DNA of 64,000 nucleotides from Oculina patagonica (Eukaryota): NCBI RefSeq assembly GCF_052425735.1, contig NC_135764.1, positions 26,412,001 to 26,476,000 of the forward strand, read 5' to 3'. Shown piece by piece: positions 1 to 11,886 of this stretch (position 1 is its first letter; each line of letters starts with the position of its first letter). The notes under the pieces were generated by a model. It saw only the letters and a program-made list of their open reading frames with translations, ran no database searches and was not told where the DNA came from. The position numbers and the translations under genes were made by a program.

Positions 1-320
1 CGGGGGTGGGGGGGGGGTTAAAACTGAGCGTTCTTTTAATTTTTATCAAAATCTTTTTTGTTTGGGATAAAAATGTTCATAAAATGTTAATAACTTTTAG
101 GTTTTGAAATGTTGACATTGCAGCAAATCATTCAGATCATATTCAAATTGTAATTGTACGGTACAGGTCGACATCACTGAGAAATGGTTTGATTAAAACC
201 ATTTACACATGGACACATTTGATTAGCCTTGGGCATGTCCTAAACGTAACGGTCTCATCATTTTAAATGATTTTTACAAAGTAAGATTTGCAAAAAAGTT
301 ACTGTTCTCTAAGTACTCAC

Positions 321-2251
321 CCATCCAATGTACTCCACCAGTTTTGAGTTTTACAGGTTGCAGGTTGATCGGCATAACTGGGTTCACTTGCTGGGCAGCA
401 CTTTCCTTCTTCAAGAAGCCAAACACCATTGCCATCTGATGGCTTGTTTCTCCAGAATCCCTTTAAGTATGTATTGGTTTTAGGGCACACAGACCAACCT
501 TTCCTGTCTAGGCTGCCCCACCAGTTTGCTGCTTCACATCCATCAGCTACAGGGAAAAAAAAAAAAAAGAAAAAACTTTTTATTTTTGTAGAAGAACATA
601 AAGAATATTTTAAGCCCAAAATATATATAATAAAAAAAAAAAAAAAGAAATTTGTTTTAGTGAACTGGGACTTTTCATTCCCTCGGACTAAAGTTCCACA
701 ATAATAAACATTGTACTTTCGATAATATTATTTGAAATTTTATTTGTTAAACTCGGTAACAAGACATTTGCATATTAAAGGAAGATGATTTTCAAGAGTT
801 ACACTTTGTGAACGTAGCAACGCTGGCAAAGACACGTTTAACTATATCACTCTGTTTTAGTGTTTTTACTGGCTATGGTCTCAACTCGTTTTTTTTACTT
901 TTCAGCCAAACAATGGAACGCAATGCCAAACTATATTAGAACAAGTGACTTTCCTGAGTTCAAGAGAAACATTGAGAGCACTACCTTCGTTTAGACGCTT
1001 TTTCTTATATATACAATATTTCTTTTCAAATTGAGTAACGTATTTTATATCCCCTTTAATCAATTTTATCGTACTTCTCAAAGATATTGGCTGCTGATAT
1101 TTGTTAGCTACTCTAAAATTCGAGACAAAATAAAGTTAATGTTATGTTATGTTATGTTATAATCGCCACCTAGTCCAAACGGAAATCGCAAATACCTGTT
1201 TTCATTTTGCAGCATCTGAATTTCTCAATACAATAAAGTTGATTGCAGGTGCTTTTGAAGAATCCAGCCATGTAATAGCCTGCCCGTTTGCATTCGCTCC
1301 AACCCTTTACGTCGAAAGAAGTGGTCACATCTTCGTCGTAACAGCCGTAATAACTATCTGGGTGGTTCTGTGGACGGCAACATTTTGCCTCTTCAATGTG
1401 ATACAGCTTTGGGTGTGAATTAGCACTGATATAAATGCCTTCCAAATAATAACCGTTAGGACACAGTGCCCATTTATTAGATCTGTAAATCAAACGGAGA
1501 AATAATATATACTGTATTTTCTCGAATAACCGCCCGGTACCAAATAAACGCCGGGTCGCCAAAATTGGAATGGAAATTGGCCCCTCAGGTATTTATTTGA
1601 GGTATAATAAGCTGTAGTTATATTAGCAAGATGCACGTTTGTCAAAAATAATAAATAAAAACGCTTGCCTAATTAAAACCGTGCTCTAATAAACTGAAGC
1701 GGTCAAATAAACGCCAGGTCAACCAAGACAAGTTTAAAATAAACGCTGGGAACGTTTAATCAAGAAAATACGGTATGAAATATATACATGTGTATACGTT
1801 ATATGAGAACCAAACGGCGGTAACAATTAGCTTCAAGCGTACGTTTGTCAAGTAACCTATTTCGGTGGCCAAGCCACCACGAGTCTCCTTCGTATAGCTC
1901 AGAAGTATAGCGTCCCAAGGACTAAGCGGAGGGAAAAAATATTAAAAGAACTTTAAATACTTACCCATCCAACGTACTCCACCAGTTTTGAGTTTTACAG
2001 GTTGCAGGTTGAGAGGCATAACTGGGTTCACTTGCTGGGCAGCACTTTCCTTCTTCAAGGAGCCAAACACCATTGTCACCTGATGGCTTGTTTCTCCAGA
2101 ATCCCTTTAAGTATGTATTGGTTTTAGGGCACACAGACCACCCTTTCCTGTCCAGGCTTCCCCACCAGTTCGCCCTGTCACAAGTCTGGCTTGCAACGGG
2201 CTGAAGCATCAGCAAAACGCTATTTAGTAGAATGGCCAACAAAACGCGCAT
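321..2251 (-). CDS. Secreted Cys/Trp-rich tandem-module protein resembling the biomphalysin/aerolysin-like N-terminal small lobe; 5' part only, continues off the left edge
   Basis: Exons 2251-1965, 1482-1196 and 546-321 join in frame across GT-AG introns (phase 2, phase 1; the donor at 320 is phase 2). A signal peptide (MRVLLAILLNSVLLMLQPVAS) precedes three ~55-aa subrepeats (C..W..S(L/F)D..W..C...Y..G....EE.KCC). Exon 3 is a near-identical copy of the mature part of exon 1. The family assignment rests on recalled similarity, not a search. Confidence 0.8.
780..1160 (+). mobile_element. 3' fragment of a CR1/L2-group LINE in intron 2
   Basis: Translates to YGLNSFFYFSAKQWNAMPNYIRTSDFPEFKR, a typical ORF2 C-terminus, followed by AATAAA and a (GTTAT)n tail. 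Confidence 0.6.
1512..1773. mobile_element. Tc1/mariner-type MITE in intron 1
   Basis: TA-flanked terminal inverted repeats (TIRs) CTGTATTTTCTCGAATAA / TTAATCAAGAAAATACGG, with internal AATAAACGCC repeats. Confidence 0.65.
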
Positions 2252-2304
2252 CTTGTATCCACTATGATCGGAGAAACTAATCATAAACTAAACAAATGGA
2301 AGTT

Positions 2305-2316
2305 GCTTATATATAA
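2305..2316 (-). promoter_or_regulatory. Putative TATA box of the Cys/Trp-rich gene
   Basis: TATATATAAG on the minus strand about 55 bp upstream of ATG 2251. Confidence 0.55.
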
Positions 2317-2923
2317 AAAGTAAACAATAGCTGAACAAAAAGAAAGACTTGTGAGTTAGCAGTGCATTTATTTTTTTCCAATCGCAACCTTTCACAAATT
2401 AGCTTTATTGTTATAGAAGAAAATGACAACTAATAAAGCAACCCATCCATTTGCGAGAAGCCCTCTGGTTCCGCATAGTCTCATGTAGGAGAGAGAATTT
2501 ATATCGAAACACCTATTTGCGCCTATTTCGTCTCTTTCTTGTCAAAGGCTTTTGACATTTTGTTAATTAACCCCACCCTGCTTTTTTATGATAACCTTTA
2601 CTTTTCTTGCCAATTCCAAAATAACTAGCACTCTTACACAAGTTGTTATCAATAGGCTTAATTCGTGTTATGCTCATTAATCAATTACGTATCCCTTCAT
2701 GAGTTTGTTTGTAATTTAAAAACGATCTTTTCTCTGTCAATTTGTATATTTTTCCACATTGCTTCACACATTGCGTAATCTTAGTTGTTTATCGTTCCTA
2801 ATTAGCACTGCTACTCAAATACTTTGTCTATTTTCCTGACAGTCGTGTTATTTAATTACATTGTTCAATTACGTAACCTTACTTGCACCTTCTGTTCAAA
2901 TTTTTCAGGTATGGTTTAATTTC

Positions 2924-3094
2924 TATTCTTGGTTTCCAACCACGTGACAAGGCGGCCATGTTGGATGACAAAACAATAAAACGTGTTTTTTTGCGGAATT
3001 TGCATAATAAAATAGTTTAGTTCCCAACGGAGGAGAACGCTTTGTTCCTGTCATCCAACTTGGCTGCTGTGTCGTCAGCTGCAAACCAGCAATA
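2924..3094. mobile_element. MITE (imperfect palindrome)
   Basis: Inverted ends TATTCTTGGTTT...AAACCAGCAATA, with inner GCCATGTTGGATGACA / TGTCATCCAACTTGGC. Confidence 0.55.
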
Positions 3095-4044
3095 TGCATA
3101 CGGCGGCTTCCATTTGCTTAGTTTAGATTTAGTTTTCAATTTTTATCATTGTAAACGGTCAATTGTAAACTGAGAACGGCTGAAACATTATTTAAAAGTA
3201 GCCTTGGATAAGTCAGAAGCGATCTTCTTCGTTACCCTTTGTAGTGTCGAGCGTGTGTGGATTGTCAAGGGAATGTCGGTAAAGCCAATCACATGTCAGC
3301 TTTTGTTTTCCGAAGATAGAAGCTTGTGATAATATATTTGAATGTGATGTGCAATGTGCTAGGGCTTTTGGCGGTTCTACACCCCTCTGTAAACTAATAG
3401 CAAAAAGTATGGATTGGGATTGAGTATATTTTTTTCCATATCTTAAACCGTTCGTAGACAATAGTCTATCTCTTTTTAACACATACAGAATTTCCGCGTC
3501 AAAATAAAGAGCAATCTTGATAACGAACCTGACTTCTTATGCAGAACAAAAAGTTGTAAAATAAGGGCAATGGTATTGTCGAGTTCAGTAGTCTGAAGGT
3601 TATTTTAGGGGTTAAGACGGTTTACACTGAAAAATCGAGCAAGAAAGGCAAAAATAGAGGTACCAAAAAAAAAAAACTCATATGGTATGGTCACATTTTA
3701 ATACAGTAAAGAAGAACGTATCAAACTTTTAACTTTTAAGCTGACCCCGCGCGAGAGAAATAAATTTGAAATTCGAAGTTCTCCATATTTCAGCTTAAAA
3801 TCAGTTATTAAGTATCTAGAGTGGTAATCTTGTAATACAAGATGTAAAGAAAGATGTAAGATATGATTGACCATGTCTGATCTCAAGATTGTCGCGTTTT
3901 CGCCAAGATTTGTATATTTTTCCCTAAAAATAACCCACCAAAAGGTGGGGGGGGGGGGGGGGGTGGGAAAGGGTGTGACGGGCTCCCCGGGACCATAAGT
4001 GACCATTTGGTGATTTTTAGTGACCTGACAATTATTCTTCATTG

Positions 4045-4430
4045 TGTAGCTACCATTGCGTGCACGTTGTGCGGACCTATATTACGTCACGAATTCGCAT
4101 CACGTGACCAACCATGTGCGTTGTTCTCGCTTGGATTCGCCATGTTGTTTTTATTTCTTTACCTTGTTGAACATTTTGGACCTAACGAAACAGTCGGTAA
4201 GAGTCATATTATTTGCAAAATGTACCTACATGTACTTCGATTCGTTTCCTATGTTTACTAGTTCATATTTGTATTTGTAGAAAACCTGAACTATAGTTGG
4301 TATGCCTGAACTGAACCTGGATTGTTAGAGTGTAATCTTGAAACCTGGATCGTATCATGTATTAAAAGTTCTGAGTTTTTGACGTTAAATTTGACTTTGA
4401 ATCACTACATAGCACTTGGGCTGTGTAACA
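4045..4430 (+). repeat. 5' LTR (386 bp)
   Basis: TGTAGC...TGTAACA; ATTAAA at ~4361; no difference from the 3' LTR found by eye. Confidence 0.96.
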
Positions 4431-4526
4431 GTTTTCGACTACTTCTCCTTGGAAATTATCGGAATTGGAAATTTGGTGGATTGTGTGGAATGCGAACGGC
4501 GAAACGATTTGTTGTGTTTACGGAAT

Positions 4527-7093
4527 ATGTCAGACGAACAACCTGAATCGCCACTGGAAGCGAATGGATTCTTCGATACCGCAGCTAATGGTACGAGCGA
4601 CGAAATTGGAATGGAAGAAAGGAGAAGCACAAGGGATAGACAAGCTAGTGTTATGCAAGATAGGGAAGGCGTCTTAAACGAAAAGAAACTCGCTCTTCAA
4701 AAATCACGCGCCGCCCATATTGGAAATTTGACGAAGGTTTATGATGAAATTGTTCACCTTACCAAAAGCGATGCAAGTCGTGAAGATGTGTCGAAGGAAT
4801 ATGCGAGATTTGATGAATCTTGGCGTAAATTCGTGGACGCTCACGAAAGTTATCTGAAATTATTGGATCCTTTTATGGACACCCTTGTTTTGGAACAGAC
4901 ACAGAAGACATACGATGAACAGCTGCAACGAAAGCTCAATCTCGACTTCACCGTGCGATTATGGTACAAGGACAGAGAACCCGAACGAGGAGATAACTAT
5001 AGTGAGTTTTCTCGCGGAACGCAAAGGAGCAGACGAAGTGGGGTTTCCACGTCGAGTTCAAGATTGTCTACAGTGTCTAGAAAAAAAGGAGAAATTGGCC
5101 CTGGCGCAATTGAATCTCCGACAGTTAGGGATGAGACAGCAGTTTGAACAGGAAATGCAAGAAATTCGAAGGAAGAAGGAGCTAATAGAAGCAGAAATGG
5201 AGACTGAAAGGGCGGCAGTCTCTCTTCAGATTTATGAAGAGGAAAGCATGGAACAATCACGCGAGAAATCCTTCCTGGGTTATTTAGAGCCTTCACAAAG
5301 GAGTAAAATTCCAGATAGCTCAAAGGTCAGTGTGAATGATCATTTAGACAATACAACCATAGTTACTTCAACCCTGTCGAATCAGAGAGCAGCCTTACCC
5401 CGTAGGACTGAACAGGTTGATTTAATTTGTCCTGGATCTGTGGAGCCAACTGATTCTATTCCGGCGTTGACTACCTTGGCTGGAAATGTGTCGACCGCGC
5501 CGGCACCCATTATACGAAACCCACATTGTACACCTCCCAACCTTGTGACAAGTAGGAGTTCCTTGCCAAAAATTGAACCCAGGCAGACATCAGTTGGACA
5601 ACGTGTTAGTGAAACTTGGTCCTCTTCTTGGCAGATGCCTCGACCCTATGTGCCGCCAGTCGTGAAAGTAGAACCAGCAAATGAGCAGTTCGATAGTGGT
5701 CAAGAGATGGTAAAGGCTTTGAGACAGGTAGTTTCCTCACCTAAGGTTGAGTATCATCGGTTTGATGGTGATCCATTGAAGTACGTCACTTTTATGCACA
5801 ATTTTGAAACCTATTTGGAAAGGGATAATCCGGATGAGTCCAGGAGATTACAACTTCTCATACAACACTGCACAGGGAAGGCAAAGGAAGCTATCGAAAG
5901 TTGTTCAAATCTGCGTAACGATGGTTACCGAGTAGCAAAACAAACCTTACGGGAGAACTTTGGAAAACCGCATGTGATTGCGGAGGCTCATGTTAAAAAG
6001 TTGTTGAATCTGCCTTGTATGAAGAGTGTGGATGGACCTTCGTTGTTGGAGCTCAGCAGACATTTGGACACCGCAGATCGAACTTTGAGCGGCATGGGTG
6101 CTGAATATGTGTCCGATCTTAATCACATGAACACTTATCGAGAGCTCGCAAAGAAGTTGCCAATGTTTCTAAGAGGGAGATGGACCGAGTGTGCTGGGAG
6201 GATTATTGCAGCCGACCGCAGACCTAAGTTTCAAGACTTTGTAGCATTTGTCAAGGAAAGAGCTAAATTGGTGGACAACGAGTTTGGCCGAGATATGGTT
6301 ACTGGAACTTTGAAGGAGACACCTCCTAAAAAGAAACAAAATGAATCAAAGTGGAAACTTCCCAAGCCTGTCAGCATTTGCCACTGGAACTGGACCAACT
6401 CGCGATGGTCAAAACGAGAATGCTAGAGGATCGAAATTTGTGGATGCCCCCGCGCCTTTTCACTGTCAAGTTTGCACAAAGCAGCATGACGTTAGGAAGT
6501 GTGGTAAATTCAAAGGCCTCACCTATGAAGAGAAGTGGAAAATTGTGCAAAGTGGTGGACTGTGTAATAAGTGTCTAGTTAAGGGACATATTGCCAAGGA
6601 GTGCCCGAAAGTAAATTTCAAGTGTCAAAGGCCTGGTTGTGGAGGTAGTCACCATACGCTGATGCATCGCCCCGCTGCTGGAATTCGAAGAGACCTTAAC
6701 AGTATGAACAGAAACACTGCTAGTCAAAACAGTAACTTTGCAACCGCTGCTATTGCAGAGAAACATTTGCAACCAAGTCAAGGGACTGCTAGGTCAGGTG
6801 ACGTTACTGGGGCCGGTGATGGAAATGGAATTGCTGTGGCAGCTACTGGGGCTGGAGAAACAAGAGTGTGTCTGGGAATTATCCCTGTTAAGGTTCGAGG
6901 GAAGGGCAACGAGATTATTCAGACATATGCCCTTCTTGATAATGGATCAGAGGTGACATTGTGTCATGAACGATTAGCTAACAAACTTGAGCTGGAAGGA
7001 GAAAGGCTTAACTTTACGCTGACTGGAGTGACTGGTTCAACTCAGATGGAGAGTCGTGTGGTAGACTTGACTGTAATTAATGTCTATGGATGA
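4527..7093 (+). pseudogene. gag: BEL/Pao gag and aspartic protease region, frameshifted
   Basis: ORFs 4416-5147, 4885-6426 and 6341-7093 contain a gag core (FDGDPLKYVTFMHNFE), the BEL triple Cys/His knuckle (CQVC..H..C / CNKC...GH....C / C..PGCGGSHHTLMH) and protease ALLDNGSEVT. Confidence 0.88.
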
Positions 7094-10000
7094 GTCAGTT
7101 GTGGTGGAGTTACCGAGTGTAAAGACAGTCGCACAGATGCCTATCTCTCCAAGTTGTATTCCAAAGAAAGAAGATCTTGCTTGCTGTCCTCACCTACGAG
7201 GCATTGACATTCCCGAAGTTGGAAATAGAGAAGTTTTGTTGTTGATTGGTCTTAAAGAAAATCCTAGTCTCTTCCTCCCATTAGAGTTTAAAGCTGGTGC
7301 AATCGACGAGCCAATAGCTATCCGTTACAGCCTGGGGTGGACAGTGATAGGTCCGATGGGTGAACGCAAAGAAGATGAACATTGTTCGGTGAACTTTGTC
7401 CGAGTTACATCTGCGGATGACATGGATTTGGGCGGATGTTGTTTGCATGAGAATCCTTCGACTAAGGCAATTGACAAAACTGGGGTGAAATTCGAAACTG
7501 CAATGTGGTCAGAGAGTGTTGGCAATTTTGAGCACAGGGAACCCATCGAGAGGCTAGAGCAGCGAGCTGTTGTAAATCTCCCTCCGTTAAAGGAAGAAAA
7601 GGAAGAATTAATTGACTGTGACATTGACAATGATACCCTGCACCAGGAACTTGAACGGCTTTGGAAGACAGATTTTGGAGACTCTGTGATTGGGACAACA
7701 GTCTCACCATCAGTTGAAGACAAGTTAGCCTTGAACAAAATGGAGGAATCCCTACAAAGAGTTGGAGAGCATTTCCAAGTTGCATTGCCATGGCGACAAG
7801 GATGCCCAGAACTACCAAACAATAGACCTGTGGCGGAACAGAGGTTACAACTTCTAAAGAAGCGACTCCTTAAGGATGAAGATCTACTCCTGAAGTACCG
7901 TACCACAATGCAAGAGTACATAATGAAAGGTCATGCCCAGAAAGTTCCAACAGAAGAGCTGAATTTGAAAGAGAAACCAGTCTGGTACCTGCCACATCAC
8001 CCTGTGACACACCCGTTGAAGCCAGGGAAGGTTAGAGTTGTATTTGACTGTGGTGCGAAATATCGTGGAACCTCCTTGAATCAGCAATTATTGCAAGGCC
8101 CTGATTTGACCAATCCGCTTGTTGGAGTGTTGATTAGATTTCGGCAAGAGCCAATAGCTATTGCAGCCGATATAGAAGCTATGTTCCACCAAGTCTTTGT
8201 TGACCCCGAAGATAACAATGCGTTGAGGTTTCTTTGGTGGCCTGATGGGGACCTGGAGAAAGAACCAGAAGAATACCGCATGGTGAAACACCTGTTTGGT
8301 GCAACCTCCTCGCCTAGTTGTGCCAACTTCTGCCTACAGAAGACAGCGTCGACATGCCTGGAAGAGTTTGACCCTGAAACAATTCAGACTGTGATGAGAA
8401 ACATGTACGTTGACGACCTGATGAAATCTGTTTCTTCTCCTGAAACCGCAATAAAGTTGTCAACACAGTTACGAGAGCTACTGAAGAAAGGAGGGTTTAG
8501 GTTAACCAAGTGGCTTAGCAATGACAGAGATGTACTGGTTGAGATTCCTGAGTGTGAGAGAGCAAGTTCTGTAGTTAACCTAGACATAGAAGACTTGCCA
8601 ACTGCATGTGCCCTTGGATTGAAGTGGAATATAGAAGCTGACAAGTTTGTCTGGGATGTGTCAACCAAAGTTCAGACTCTGGCCAAGGTAAAGCCAATGA
8701 CGAGACGTGGTATCCTTTCACTTGTGAGTTCGTTGTTTGACCCGTTAGGATTCATTGCCCCTTATGTTATGAAAGGAAAACTTTTACTACAAGACCTCTG
8801 CCGGAGGAAGTTGAGCTGGGATACTGAGATAGAAGAACAAGACAAAGTTCAGTGGTCTCATTGGCTGGAGGATCTTTTGAAGTTGGAAGAAGTCCAAGTT
8901 GACCGATGCTTCAAACCAAAGCATTTTGGCGAAATTAAGAATGTTCAGCTGCACATTTTCTCAGATGGATCGCGTGTGGGGTACGGAGCAGTAGCCTATT
9001 TACGCCTTGTTGATGTCTTTGACCAAATCCATTGCAGCTTTGTTATGGGGAAAGCCCGATTGGCTCCCATTCACGAAATAACGATACCGAGATTAGAGTT
9101 AACTGCCGCGGTTATTTCTGTTAAGTTGAGTGGAATAATCAGAGAAGAGTTGGAAATTGAAGTGGATCGATTGAATTATTTGACTGACTCTACTACAGTG
9201 CTGAAATGCCTTAACAATGACTCTAAACGGTTCCACACCTTCGAGTCAAATCGCCTCACGGCCATTCGCAGTGGATCATCCTTTTCAGACTGGAGATATG
9301 TCAACCGAGACGACAATCCAGCAGATGATGCATCAAAAGGGTTAAGGCTTGATGACATGACAAGGAATAGTCGGTGGTTGAATGGCCCTGCATTCATCTG
9401 GAAAGAAGAAAACTGCTGGCCTTCAATGATTGAAGTACCTGAGCTAAAGGACAGTGATGCTGAAGTAAGAAAGGAAAGTCGAATTTATGCTACTAGTGTA
9501 GCACAAGATCCATTTGACAGCTTGATACATCACTACTCTTCCTGGTGGAAACTGAAGAGAGCATTCGCTTGGCTGTTACGCTACAAGCAGTTTATACGAA
9601 GCAAAGTTTGTAAGAAGAAAGATGCTACCCTTAATGATGGCTGTCCTTCTGGCAAACCAGAAGTAAGAATTGGAAACCTAACAGTCGTTGAGCTTCAGAA
9701 GGCTGAAGAAGAAGTAATTCGACGGGTGCAGAAGTCGGCATTCCCAAATGTGTATAAGGCACTCGTCAACATGTCGTCTGGTTCAAGTGAACGACAGATC
9801 AAGAGGGTCATAAAGAAAGAGGGATCCTCGATTTTCAAGTTGAATCCGAAGTTGAGAAATGGGTTGTTGTCAGTTGGTGGAAGACTGGAGTGTGCTCCAA
9901 TAGATGAAGATTTGAAGCATCCATTTATCCTTCCCAGTCACCACCATGTCACAGAACTGATTATCCAGTATCATCACATTAAGGTTGGCCACCTCGGTCA

Positions 10001-11087
10001 AGAATCCGTTCTGACGTCCCTGAGGGAAAGGTTCTGGGTTGTGAAGGGACGTTCTGCAGTGCGTCGTAAAGAAGTGTCTTGATTGCCAGAGAAGGAAAGC
10101 GCCCACTGGAGAGCAGTTTATGGCCAAGTTGCCCGAAGACAGAATTACTCCACATGAACCTCCCTTCACATATGTTGGTGTGGACTATTTTGGACCTATA
10201 GAGGTGAAGCAAGGAAGAAGTCGAGTTAAACGTTGGGGTTGCCTATTCACATGCTTAACTGTCCGTGCTATACACTTGGAAGTTGCACATAGCCTGAATA
10301 CAGATTCCATGATCAATGCACTGAGGAGATTCATTAACCTCCGAGGATACCCGAAAGAGATTCGCAGTGACTGTGGCACAAATTTTACCAAAGCAGATAA
10401 GGAGCTTAAGGATGCTGTTAACGAGTGGAATCAGCAAACAATCAGTGGGTTTTGTGCGCAAAGAGGTATCGAATGGATCTTTAACCCTCCTGCAGCAAGT
10501 CACATGGGGGGATCATGGGAGAGAATGATAAGGTCTGTACGCCAAATCCTGAAGGCTCTTTTGGAAGAACAGGTGGTATGCGATGAAGTGTTGTCGACTG
10601 TTCTAACAGAAGCGACTAACATTCTAAACAGTAGGCCGTTAACACGAAATAGTGATGACCCAATGGATGAAGAACCTCTTACACCAAATCATCTGTTGCA
10701 GCTGCGATCATGTGCCAGTTTGCCCCCTGGAATCTTTGAGAAGGAGGATTTGCATTGTAGACGACAGTGGAGACAAGCGCAGTACTTAGCAAGTGTATTC
10801 TGGAAACGGTGGAACGAAAGAAGTGGAATGAACCGAGAGAGAACCTTAAGGTTGGCGAACTCGTTCTTCTGGCAGATGAGAATTACCCAAGAGGTCAGTG
10901 GCCATTAGCCCGAGTTGTGGAAGTGTTTGAGAGTGAAGATGGATATGTGCGTTCTGCAAAGGTGCTAACAAGTTGCACTGTTGTGACTCGTGCAAAGCGT
11001 CGACGAGAAAGAGAAATCAAAGTGACGAGAACTGTTCTTACCCGACCAATCACCAAGTTGTGTCGCCTTGAAATGTCAAGTCCTTAA
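7080..11087 (+). pseudogene. pol: BEL/Pao pol (RT, RNase H, integrase), frameshifted
   Basis: ORF 7080-10082 has WYLPHHPV, RVVFDC, DIEAMFHQ, FGATSSP, MYVDD, FSDGSRVGYGA and TIPRLEL. ORF 10120-10908 has the integrase core ([22 protein letters not shown]). ORF 10767-11087 has the C-terminal WPLARV domain. Confidence 0.93.
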
Positions 11088-11371
11088 GCAATTTGTACTG
11101 TCAGGAACATTTCCTTCAAGTATGATGCATTTGACATGTATACTGGACATTGTAAAGTTGCGGTTAACATGGATCAAACTTTGTATACTCATCCTGTCAA
11201 TCACGAGTGGACAACAACGAGTGGACACCACTTAATGACATTTAAAGTTGTGTTTTATTGACGAACAAAGAACTGTGTATTTACCTAAAATAAGGATGTT
11301 TAAGTTCGCAACGTTAGCTGATAAGTATGGTGTACATGAAACTATTTCTAGAATGTTCATTTAGGGGCCGG

Positions 11372-11757
11372 TGTAGCTACCATTGCGTGCACGTTGTGCG
11401 GACCTATATTACGTCACGAATTCGCATCACGTGACCAACCATGTGCGTTGTTCTCGCTTGGATTCGCCATGTTGTTTTTATTTCTTTACCTTGTTGAACA
11501 TTTTGGACCTAACGAAACAGTCGGTAAGAGTCATATTATTTGCAAAATGTACCTACATGTACTTCGATTCGTTTCCTATGTTTACTAGTTCATATTTGTA
11601 TTTGTAGAAAACCTGAACTATAGTTGGTATGCCTGAACTGAACCTGGATTGTTAGAGTGTAATCTTGAAACCTGGATCGTATCATGTATTAAAAGTTCTG
11701 AGTTTTTGACGTTAAATTTGACTTTGAATCACTACATAGCACTTGGGCTGTGTAACA
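11372..11757 (+). repeat. 3' LTR (386 bp)
   Basis: Direct repeat of 4045-4430, followed by TSD CATTG. Confidence 0.96.
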
Positions 11758-11886
11758 CATTGGGTATCGTTATTATAAAGAGGTGTGAAACTCAGATATT
11801 GCGTTCACATTCGAATATAATAACGCACACAAACGAAGGATTTGTTTTTCAATGCCTTTTATTTTCTCAGACAGGCGTTATACTGC

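Larger units (their letters stand above)
4045..11757 (+). mobile_element. Full-length BEL/Pao LTR retrotransposon, coding-defective
   Basis: TG...CA LTRs at 4045-4430 and 11372-11757; TSD CATTG at 4040-4044 and 11758-11762; purine-rich tract AGGGGCCGG before the 3' LTR; domain order gag-PR-RT-RNaseH-IN. Confidence 0.97.

Noticed and set aside
3213-4042. ORFs 3213-3482 and 3698-4042 as genes
   Set aside because: No recognisable motifs or splice context; the poly-Pro stretch comes from a G homopolymer
5070-6345. Programmed ribosomal frameshifts in gag
   Set aside because: BEL/Pao elements normally have a single ORF. These shifts are single extra bases in A-runs, and other lesions in the element are clear deletions.
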